DNA from: Lineus longissimus
Taxonomy: Eukaryota
Direction of reading: 5' to 3'
NCBI RefSeq assembly: GCF_910592395.1
Contig: NC_088308.1
Coordinates: 1,860,001 to 1,924,000 of the forward strand
DNA length: 64,000 nt
This document shows positions 41,501 to 52,300 of this stretch, in pieces; position 1 is the stretch's first letter; every line of letters starts with the position of its first letter. The position numbers were made by a program, and so were the translations under genes. The notes beneath the pieces were generated by a model. It ran no database searches, was not told where the DNA came from, and saw only the letters and a list, made by a program, of their open reading frames with translations.

Positions 41501-42166
41501 ATGGGCTGGCGTACCGATTTCCCCGACTCAAATACCGGTATCTATACAAAAACGGCCCAAAAACCCTAACCAATCTTAACAAACTGGAGTCCATGAGTAT
41601 AGACTCTGAATCCGGGCGCAAGCCGCAGAGAGCCGAGCGAGCGGGCCACTCCAGTCCAGAGGATATTTCGGATTTCAAGGCTTTGTGCATGCGTAATGTG
41701 CGCGTGTGTGTATGTGTGTATATGCACATGCCACTGAATCAGGTGTCAAAATGTTGTAAAAGTGTTCAGCAGTTGTTCAGGCCGGTTTAGGGGAGGGCGG
41801 AAGAAATCGTTTTGGCCTCCCTACTCACCCTAGGGCAGGCCTAGTCCCTTGGCTTGGGACCTCTGCTCTGCCTGTCATGTCTGTGGCTTCCTTCTCCTTC
41901 TTCTACCTTTTAACCCCTTACTGACCTTTGATTCAGTGGCCTGTGTGGTGTACAATTGTGACTGTTTTTACATGCATACATAAGCCAGGGTATTGTGCAT
42001 ACGTGTGTTACTGTGTGTGTGAACTTGTTAGTAGTGTAAGTTTGTATGTACGTAGGCCTTTTTTTCATGTCACTTCAAGGCATAATCAGAGAATTAAAAA
42101 ACACTCATCTGCAAAATCGGATTCAACTACTTACATTTTGTCTTCTTCTAGCTCATAGTCCATCAT
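35596..42166 (-). CDS. PICK1: PRKCA-binding protein PICK1 (PDZ + BAR/arfaptin-homology domain), about 405 aa, 10 coding exons
   Basis: Exons (minus) 42166-42135, 39578-39338, 38592-38526, 38259-38170, 37868-37752, 37632-37499, 37079-36987, 36516-36416, 36271-36177, 35843-35596; all phases are consistent. Hallmarks: MMDYELEEDKMGMTV, KDSQNLIGISIGGGAPLCPCLYVVQVFDNTPAA, ADALGLSRAILCND, YLSYCLKVKEMDDEE, VFPIEVDL and an acidic C-terminal tail. Confidence 0.97.
37241..37469. mobile_element. Fold-back/hairpin MITE-like element in a PICK1 intron
   Basis: Near-perfect inverted repeat with arms of about 105 bp, ATATGTGACTCGCTCTACCAAAACTAGGCGCTTGTCGCATC... mirrored by ...GATGCGACAAGCGCCTAGTTTTGGTAGAGCGGGTCACATAT, with a short central loop. 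It explains the twin MNNKSVSTCQ ORFs on opposite strands. Confidence 0.8.
40201..40313 (-). CDS. PICK1: Candidate alternative first coding exon of PICK1 (MSRKKDYDHDYVPLEQDDMDGFLTNTDKYVPLPWENRM)
   Basis: AAAATG start at 40313 with an open frame ending AT|GTAGGT at 40201, the same phase-2 junction as canonical exon 1, so it splices in frame to the exon at 39578. Upstream acceptor TTTTGCACTAG| precedes 40330. Confidence 0.55.
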
Positions 42167-42578
42167 GATTCAGTATTTGAACAGAAAAAGGAAAAAATAT
42201 GATGAGAAAATATTTTATTAAAGCACCGGAAGTGGTACGAAACCAACTGCGCATGCGTTCGTACCCTGACTGGTACTTTCTTGGCACTCGGAGCACGAAA
42301 TGTTTTGTGGCTTCATTATTTTTGACAAATAAAACCTATTTATTCAATTATTGCGTGTGGAAAACTGGTGAAATTCGGCAGGATTAAATTCCTCTTCAGT
42401 GCCGAAATAATTCAACAAATTTCATGTGGTTAGATCAAACTGTCTTAACTCCAACCTCTAACTTCTAAGAATTAGAATGTGTCTATTTTCATATCTTTTC
42501 TTCACAGTTTCAGTATGAGTAGGCCTAGCCTATTTGTGTAATGAATGTCAGAATGAAGTATATTTTCTATCATTCCAG
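42167..42578. promoter_or_regulatory. Shared head-to-head (bidirectional) promoter region of PICK1 and FBXL15
   Basis: The two start codons are only about 420 bp apart and divergent. ETS/GABP-type CCGGAAGTG at 42226-42234 and NRF1-type TGCGCATGCG at 42248-42257. Confidence 0.75.
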
Positions 42579-42585
42579 TTTAAGT

Positions 42586-43813
42586 ATGTGTACACCTTCA
42601 CTACTCGATCTTCCTTGGGAGGATGTAATTTATCGTCATATCCTTATCCACCTGGAATGGAAGGCACTTTTCAGACTGAGACAAGTCAGTAAAGAATGCA
42701 AGAACTTAGTAGAAGACTATTTTTCTGTTATTCGCGTACTGGACTTCAGTACCGATAATGCGATCATTGCCTCAAAAATAAATGCTGAGATATTTAGTCT
42801 ATTTGCTGATAAATGTCATTCTGTGAGGACACTGCTGCTGCCAGATTCAGGAGATTGGTTGACAGACGTTATTCTTGTGCCATTTTTAGAGTCAAACCCT
42901 CACTTAAAACATCTTGACTTAACTGAGTGCTCAAGTGTCGGCAATGGAAGTATGCATGCTGTGTCATTGTACTCGCACAAACTTAAGAAACTTGTGCTCA
43001 AGGATTGCCATTGGCTAAATGGTGCGGCTTTGAGTGGAATTGCCATGAGTTGCATGGAGATGGAGTATGTTGATCTGACTGGCTGCTGGACGGTCAATGA
43101 TGAGGCGTTGGTGGCACTTCTTATTCACTGTAAAAAGTAAGTGAAATATTCCACAAAAAATGAGGCTGCAACTACAAATTCTTTGATCATCCTTTTTGAT
43201 AGCCTAGAGTAAGACATGTTTCAAAAGTCTATAATATAGACTTTTGAAACATGTCTTACTTACTTACTTACTTATTTTTAACATCGGTATACAAATCAAA
43301 ACTTTTCTCTTCAGGATAAAGTGCCTCTCCATTGGCAACATCTATGGTATCACAGATAATTCAGCGCGATACCTCTCCATGTGCGGACAGCTTACTCATT
43401 TAAACATTAGGGGGTGTTGGAGAATAGGGAATGAAACAATTAGGTAAGAGGTGGTGCCTAGCATAAACAAGCCTCTCCTGGATAGCCAATGCTGCAGGCT
43501 AGACCGTCCTTCAATATTCAAAATGTGTTTTTCCCACGTCAGTATTCAAGTAGTTGTAATCTCGGGAGGGTGGTTTGCGGATGTCGACTATAAGACTTGG
43601 ACAGGGTCTTGTGCTGCAGGTGTATTAACATGTCCATGTAATCATTGTAATTAAAGCTTGTCTCCTCTTTTCAGACTTATTGCCAAATATTGTGGCAAAC
43701 TTGAATCTGTCCAACTGCGGGAGTGTACAGGGATTAATGAGGCAAGTATACAACGTCTTCGGGCTAGGAACATGAAGATAGATGTCCCTGCTATTTTCGT
43801 GAGACGACGGTAG
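42586..43813 (+). CDS. FBXL15: F-box/LRR-repeat protein 15, about 272 aa, 3 coding exons
   Basis: Exons 42586-43136, 43315-43443, 43675-43813 are in frame (819 nt). N-terminal F-box LLDLPWEDVIYRHIL..L..LRQVSK, cysteine-containing LRRs (LDLTEC, LVLKDCHWL, VDLTGCW, LNIRGCWRI, VQLREC) and C-terminal LRARNMKIDV. Confidence 0.93.
43208..43260. repeat. Perfect 53-bp palindrome (26-bp arms, 1-nt spacer) followed by a short (TACT)n tract in an FBXL15 intron
   Basis: AGTAAGACATGTTTCAAAAGTCTATA-A-TATAGACTTTTGAAACATGTCTTACT read directly from the sequence. Confidence 0.92.
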
Positions 43814-46370
43814 CAGGTTGGAATTGAGTGACTGATGTTTGAACTGTTCAAGCAAGCTGTGATTGTGACTCTCAAGTCATCATGATGAACAAGGATACAA
43901 AGCTATTTTGATTTCCACTTAAGATTCTCTTTACCAAAAACAAATTGGTGTATGTGACAGACTTCCTTCTATCGACATGCCAAAAAGATCTACAGTGAGT
44001 GGTCAACTCAGCACTATAGCTTTGTATGTTTGTCCGCTGTGGTCATGGAAAGAAATGCGATTGGAAAGCATAATCAAATTGGGTATGTCTGTAAGTGGGT
44101 TCGATTATTGTACTCGTGATATATGTAGGTTTGTCAAATTGTGTTCAAGATTTTATTTGCAATAAAAGATGTATTACAATGTAGTAGCATTAAAATGGTT
44201 CTTTAAAAATGTTGTTAGATCTTACTTGATATCCTACACATTCAATCTAGATTGCAATGTTGTCATAGCGGAAGGTGTTAGTGCCCATGTTGTATTTGGT
44301 CAGCAGGCATATCATGCCATCCTCCAGCCAATCAGCAATGTGGAATGTAAGAATTCGACTACTATGACCATAGTTGCGTTCTAATTGGACCGTAGTCCAA
44401 TTAGAATACTCTATGTAACTACTGCTGTAACAGCCAGGGTATGACAACTAGAGTGGTTCTCTCAGGACACAAACAGATTCTGCCACAGCTTTCGACTTCA
44501 CTGCAGTGTCGAGTCAAAAACCTTTGCTCTGGCGATCAGGCATGCTTGAAGATCAAATGTTTCCGAGTCGCAACCTTTGCTTCAAGCACATGTACTCACC
44601 TGGGAAACAAGATTACTGATTCAACTCTCCCGCAATACCTTCCCATGGATACCAATCCAGTCGAGTTTTGATAATGCCCTTGGGAGAAGAGTCGTCAGAA
44701 CTGGAACATTCCCCCCCCCCCCCCCCCGACAGGAAACAACTGAATCAGAGACTTTACTCGAATGATAAGTACATTTATTACAAAATTATTTTACAGAGAA
44801 TTCAGGGTATTGACAACAACAACATTACAAGAGACCTACAAGTGAAAAAGCTTTTCAAGTTTTCATCTTCATAAAAGGAGAGACTCTAACAAAGAGACAT
44901 TGGCACTCTGACAAATATTGTCAATCCTTCTCATTAAAGGACAGAATGAAAATGCATCAATACATGTAGCAAAGTTTTTGTACTAGCCGGGTTACTCCAA
45001 CAATGCAATGAAACCAAATCAGCTGTAGACAGCGACAATGTGGGTGACCACCTCTGGCCCGCTGTTTTTCGGAACAATAGTGAACGAAAATGTGAAATTT
45101 CTATAAAATTCTATCATAAATGGAAACATTACCTGTCCAAGTCCATTTGCCGAAGAACGCAGTATCTTCGATGAACAAAGCGTAATGTAATATCAAACGG
45201 GGCAAATAATGCCAACAGTACAATGCATACTTGTCTAAATTCATATAGATTCCTATATTGGTTTAAACCCTGGTTAAACAGTTCAACATAAATGCTTTTA
45301 TAAAAAACTTAACAGAATCTTTTTGCAAAAATTTCCAAAACTATTATTTCTCTCACTCAATCTCATGCATTGTTTCCACTAAGTTGTAGTGTGAATGAAT
45401 AGAAAACACAGAACTTGACACTTGTGTAAACCTGCTGGCACATGCAATATCAAACGGATTACAATTGATCAACTTTAACTATGGTGTATATTGTAGATTA
45501 CCCTTTTGATACCAATGCATATGTTCACCAAGAAACTAACTGTAAGGCTCATGCCACACACCATGCTTGTCAGTCAAAAAGCATTCAGCATACATGTACA
45601 ACGCCAATAATCTATGCACGCCTCCACGTGTCAACAGTTGCAAAAAGTTGAACAAGTGAACTACAAATCAGCCATTTCACAAGCACACAGTGTTGGGAAT
45701 TTAATGCTACGTTTGATAAATGCTGCAGCTGAATACATGAATTAACCCACACTTTGCTGCTTGCATTCTCAGCCTCAAAAGTTGCAACCAATAGCATTGA
45801 CAGAGACCGATTCCTCACCCAGAGAGAAGCCATAGAAGTACAATGTAACCAAAATAAAAATTACCAAACAAAAAACATTGTGGCAGGTTTACGTATATCT
45901 ACTAGTGAACATTTTTACTGACATGTGTAAAGAAACTTACACCTACACAATCCACAGAAGATTCAACAAAAAACAATATTTCAGTAATTTCAATGTTCTG
46001 TGATTACATGTAAGCCAATGATAAACCTACTTGAGGGTGCAGTTACGTACCAGTACATTTGAGGTGTATATGTACACATGAGCACAAGAGCATCATTGTT
46101 ATTTCACAGAACTGAATGCCGTAAATAAATGTCGGGGATAAGTGAACACAATAAGATTCAGGAAATGGTGGTAAAGTCCTCCAAAATGAACACCTTGGGC
46201 GTGTTTGTTATGATGTCACAATCAGCGCAACCAATATTCCAAGGATTCCTCCTTTAAATTGATCACCATCAGCTCGAGTAATAAGGGATACAGTCGATAT
46301 GAATCTGAGAAAAGTCCTCGAAAAGAACAGACCAGCAACAGGAATCTGGAACATGATGTCATTTTCAAGA

Positions 46371-49300
46371 CTAAATGGACAAGTCTGGAACTTCTTCGCT
46401 TACACCTGAAAATATTGAAAATAGAGGGCACATTTAGTAGCTCCTTGAACTTTACAAAGCATTACTTCTCAGGCTGAGTTTACATACATGTAGAGTCATG
46501 TCTAACGTATCACTATAGGAATGAGCAAGTCATTTTCAAAGAGCGGGCTAAATAGGATGTAGAGTAACTCACCTTCTTCTGGTGTGTTCTCCTCAGACAC
46601 TTCCTTGCTGTCTTCACCATCATCACCATCGTCCTGCAAAAGCAAAGATCAAATAATGAACATTTTTAAGCCGGTATGAGTTTTTCTTGACAGTCGCGAA
46701 AACAAAGCCATGTGTCAAGTTTGACATTTAGTGCTCTGTTCTATGTGATGCAGGAGGAAACTGGAGACCCCGGAAGAAACATACCCTGGAAGAGATCCCT
46801 CTTTTTGTCATGAGGAGCAGTCTGATTGTGAAGAGGACTGACAATCTCGAAAGGGGACACATGGTGTTATGGTACAATGGAAGAACACTATCTCATTCAT
46901 TCAATATTACTTACATCTGTACTTGTCACTGTCGGCATATCAGCAGCTTGTGTGACCACATCAGGAATAGCCTGCGATAATCCTTCTGTCTCTGGTGGGA
47001 CATCGCTCTCATTGGACTGCTCTTCACTAGAGTCTACTAGTTCTGGTTTATCGTCATTGGGTTTGTTCTCCAATAAGTCATCTTCACCTAAAATTGGCAA
47101 GGCAAAATAGATCGATGATTGGACATTACCAGATTTTCCCAGTGTTTATGAATCGACGTACCTTCAGGCCTCAAACAGTGGGCTTCAGCAATGATCATGA
47201 CAAGAATAGACCTGGATCAATTGACCATGATGATAACTTACCCACATCACTCTCCGGCAGTGGGGTTTCAAGGGCTTCTGAGGGAGCTGTTGTGCCATCT
47301 TCAGCATCTGTTGGTTGTGACTCCGTCTCCGATACTGTTTCAATAACTGATGGTCTTGCGACTTCTGATGTGGGCGATGGTGATTTACCCCTGCAAGAAA
47401 ATGGACAACAATGTTAAACAGAACACAAACGAGCGCATTTACAATGTGTACCGGTATGTCTGTTAATGCTCTGCCAGCATAATGAAACAGATAGTTGAGT
47501 TAGGTATTTCCAAGTTTCAATACAAGTACATGTAACCTTGGCATGTTTACAATGCTGTGACATTGGATCGTGAATCTACAGTGCAAAACATACATGTAAA
47601 AATGTATTTAAAGTTTTCATGACAAAAGCTATTAACCACTTCATGCAGTTGTTATTTTGAGTGTCGAGTGGAGATCAGAATAGTTACCTTAGCTGTAAGA
47701 CATCCTTAATCTCTGTGTGCTCAGCTCTTGTTTGACACGGATTCGTGAAGTATGGCAGCGTTAACAGGTTACTGGCTGAGATACGACTGTTCGGCATTTG
47801 CATGAGAAGGTTATCAAGCATTATGCTTGTTTGCTGTGACTGGAAAAATCAATCAGTAATCTAAGAAATAACGATACCAGGTAGACTATACCGAACAGCA
47901 CACAGTCCTGGAATCGTCCAATGGGCCATCTTAATTTCATTTTCTACATTCATTTCGACCATAATAATCTCTTCCAAGGTATTTGAGTCTCTAACCTTCT
48001 TCGGTCTTGGATGTAAGATCGGCATATTTTCACTTACCCAGCCAGTGTTTTCTAGAACAGGAGTTCCATTTGGCATTGTTCGGAATGACTTTGTCGGGAA
48101 ATGCAACTGAAAAATTAAGTGTCTGAGAGATTATATCCATGGGCTAAATGTACATTTACAATGTAGATGAGAATGAGAATTGTCATCTATGACATACATG
48201 TATGTTAAGTAATCCAAATCATTGAAGGCATTTTTTCTTTGTGTTATGTTATTGGATAGAGTAAAGATCGTCTCAGAAGTTTTCAGTTTGGTTTTTTCAA
48301 TCAAGTTTAACAACTCACCATAACAAAAAGGACGCCAAAACTGAAGATATCAGCTGCCTTCGTAACCTCGATTCCAACCCGTGTTTCTGGCGCATTGAAG
48401 ATAAGACCGGTGTTGATCATGTGTAGGCTGCATGCTCTCTGGCCCTGAAGAAACAATACACAAGTGCTATGATTTATGATATGCTGGTATCCCCCCCCCC
48501 AATGGAAGTTCCAGCATGGGTTTCAAGGCAGTGACAATCCTTGCCCTTTGTAATGTCATTCAAATCATACAGCATTCAAGATTACATGAGCAAAAGTCAA
48601 GTCACTGTTGTTTGCCAGAAGCAAAGAAGTTAACCAGTAAAATCCGTTATGGCAAAAAAGCACTTACCACGGACTTGGTGAAATCAAATTCAGCCAATAT
48701 TCCATTTCCTTCATTGTCCAAGAGAATATTCTCTGTCTTGATGGCACCGTGTATGATATTGGCCTGGTGTAGAGCCGCCAGTCCGTTCAGGATCCCAAGC
48801 AGACATTTGTGTGCTGTCACTTCATCGATGGCGCCCTCTATCAACTTTGTGACGAGTGGCGTATGCTGTTTCAAGAGCAGGTAGGCCTGTCGTTTATTCT
48901 GTGGAAAGGAAAGAGAGTAAAATCGTAAGCTGCCCCCAGGAACTACATGGCGAAGGGCAAATCGAGTTGCCACCATAAGGCAGACTGGTCAACCAAGGAG
49001 AGCAAAACTGGCAAGGCTGTTTATGGCACTTGTCCTACGAGGGATGAAAGGATAACTCAAGAGAGTAAGAATTGAGCAACCTGAAACAGGCAAACTTACG
49101 CAATCAAGCACAAAGATCTTTACTTTACCTTGTGAAAAAACAGAGCTTCAATCTTCAGCAGGTTTTTATGTTTTACAGCATTGTAAGCAACGGCATTGGT
49201 AAGGAAATCGTCCTTCATGACACCAATGGTTTCATCCATGATGTATTCCTGGACACAACAAGAAATAGAGTTAATAGACTGCACTGCTGGGCACAGTATA

Positions 49301-52300
49301 ATATACTCAGGCAATGTCTGATCTGCAGCCAAGACATTAGAAAAAAATGCAAAGATCGCAGGAGGATAGGATTCCCCAAACACTATCAGAGCACCAGAGT
49401 TGACAAGTGCGATGTACATAACAAACATAATTCCTTTTTATACAGGTTGCTCATTTTCAGTGGACACCCATTGTATGATTCAGATAAATGATAAACAACA
49501 TATCAAATTCACCAGCACAGGACCTCACCTTGAGTATTGCATTTTCCCCATTGAAGAGAGTTTGGTAAACTGAACTCTTTTCTGATCCAGGCAGTGGCTG
49601 CAAGTCGAATTGGTCTACATCCAGACCAGCCTTAACAAGGCCACCGTATTCCTGAAAGACGACGCACAAGAATTAACCAGGATACATTGAAATGCTTTCA
49701 TTTTGCATGATGGTTGAAGAGAAGCAGGGCTGGCTCAGCCAACAGCATTACAGTATATGCCCAGAGATTGAATTGAATATCCGAGGTAGGTGCTGACAAG
49801 GTATGATACCAATACCAGATTAAGAATGTTGGAGATATATCATGGAGGACGAAGGAAGGTCATTGCTCTTGCCTTTGAAGCAGACAGCAGCACATGCCAA
49901 ACCTGGGGTGGAGAGCAGTATGCAGCTGACCCTTGCACTGTGAATAGCTGGCTAGTTATACCAAGTATACATGTAGATGAAATCCATACTTGGCTATACA
50001 AAATAGTATCATGATGTTGAGGCCACTTACCACATATTTATCAATAGCGATTTCAGGATGTTGTAACGACAGCTCAGGAAAGTGATCTTCATAAAATTTG
50101 GACAATTTCACCTGGAAAGAGATTAAGGTTATAAATAGGCATATAGAAATAGTTTCATCTTAAATAGCTGGTTTAATCATTACTTAACTGTGACATTCCA
50201 TGCTGTGACAACCCAATATACTACCAGGGTAAACTTTCTTTTAACCCTGAGCTACCTACCCATCAAATGTTAAGTCTTCCTGGCCTGATGGACTTCTTAT
50301 GACATATGGCAAAAGGGTAATGACATGTATAAGCTGGGTACAGTTACTCAGAACACAATCTTACCATTTGTTCATCTTCTGCCAAGAATGCATTGTGGGT
50401 TTCAAAGCGAATCTGAGCAAGTTCAACATTGATGCGGATCAGGTCTTCCTTGTCTTCATCACTCTGGAATAAAACACAAGATAGATTGAAGTTTCACCTA
50501 ACATCTCGCACCCTGAGACAAGAGTGCAAATGCTAAACATGTAAACAGCAGAGCAGATCCTAACACTAACAGAAGAAGAAAGTCACAAGTATTTGTAGGC
50601 CACCACCTTCCCTAATGACAAGTAGAAGAAGTCAGAGATGACCTTAAACAGTCCGCATTTCAGCTAAAATACATACCTCCTCCACATCATGTTTGTCAGC
50701 CAGTTTATGCCGCAACTTTGACTTGAGACTTTTGAAGCTTTTCCTGATGGCTTGAAGTGGTGCCAAGTCTGGCTTGGCATCCAACCATTCGACAAGGCTC
50801 GCCTTCATCACACTGTACGCATGCTTCATCGCAGCCAACTGGTCAATGTTTTTCAACTCAGCCATCATATCACTGATTAGGTAGGTCAGGGTTCGAGCAA
50901 CGAGAGGCGCGTCACCACTTCTCTCCTGTTTGTGGAATAAAACACATTTTAAAAAAACACACTTCAAAAACCTTCCTCATTCAAACCAATTCATACACTG
51001 AGGTCTGTCCGCCAAAACTGAGACATGCAATCTCAGACTAAGCATGGCCGATCTGCTCAGGGCCTAAATCTTTACCAACACATGAACACTGCAATGATTT
51101 AGAGAAGACTATAGTGAACCTACCAGATCTGACATCTCCATCTCTCTAACAACTGCTGTTTGCAGCCTGTTCACAAGTCCATCCAATTCAGGTGGCATTA
51201 TCTTGCTCTCAGGCATCAAAATGAAGTCCAGGGACAAAAGCTGAAACAATGGAATGCTGTCTATTTAGGGATATTCGAAAGCAAACAAGTGTGATTATTT
51301 CCAGTGGCACTGTCTAATCAAAAGTGCCTAATTCTGCACACACACATGCATGTGTGCATAGTACAGATACACATACATGTACATGTACATGCAAATGTGA
51401 TGACTGTAGTATGAATGCATGGCTATCACATACGTGTACATGTACATGTATGTGTGTTGACTGTTGTGTGAATGCATGGCTATCACAGCTGAAAAGGCAT
51501 GATTCTCATTCTTTATACAAATCAAAATAAGTAATCCATACCTCCTGAATTGCCTTGAGTGCACTATCAACCATATTGTGGGCTGTGTTGGTGTTCGTCC
51601 TCACATCAGAGTAAAGCGAGTTCTTTCTTGCCTGAAAACAGTGTGACCTTACAATATATCATAACCCGGAACAACATGATATCTCTCAATAAACTAGGAA
51701 GGAATCATCAGACAAGTGGCTAAAGGGAATCAATGAAAGCTACACTTTGAACTCCACGATCTAGGCAGGTTGAGAAAACCATCTGGAAACTGGCAAAGCA
51801 TCCTGTCTACTCACCCTCCATTCTTGATAGTCGTGGATCACCTCATTCAGCGGAGCCTGGGGAGATGTAGAGCCGATTTTAAACGATGCGTACGTAAGCT
51901 TCAGGTGATTGATGGATTCCCTCAGAGCGTTACCCCTCGCTTCAACAGGCAACGTCTTTGTCTCTTCAAGAAAATGCTCTATTTTTTCATACAAGACTTT
52001 TCTGGATACATTTCTCTTTGAGATGAGTTCCTCCAAGTCAGACTGAAAATAAAACGAGAGTAATTTTTTAATTATTATATTTCAATCCAATCCTGATGGT
52101 CTTCATCAGAGGGCATTAACATTGTTCGTCAACTGCACATTATCACTGATTCAGAAACGTCGGTAGATGGAGGAGTAGCAAGAACTGTTGCCAGGTCAGC
52201 ACTAATCTATTTCACATCCAAGTCTGGCTTGTGATGGACTCATCCTAGGCCAAAGACAGAATCACTAGGCATATCAACCCAATTCGTACCAAACCATACA

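Noticed and set aside
43811..43831. Possible stop-codon readthrough in FBXL15 (TAG CAG GTT GGA ATT GAG TGA)
   Set aside because: It would add only a few residues and is not the strong TGA-CTAG context; there is no supporting evidence.
51324..51570. Cys/His-rich ORFs (HTCTCTCKC) resembling metallothionein
   Set aside because: They are translations of TACATG/CA-rich simple repeats inside an STK31 intron.
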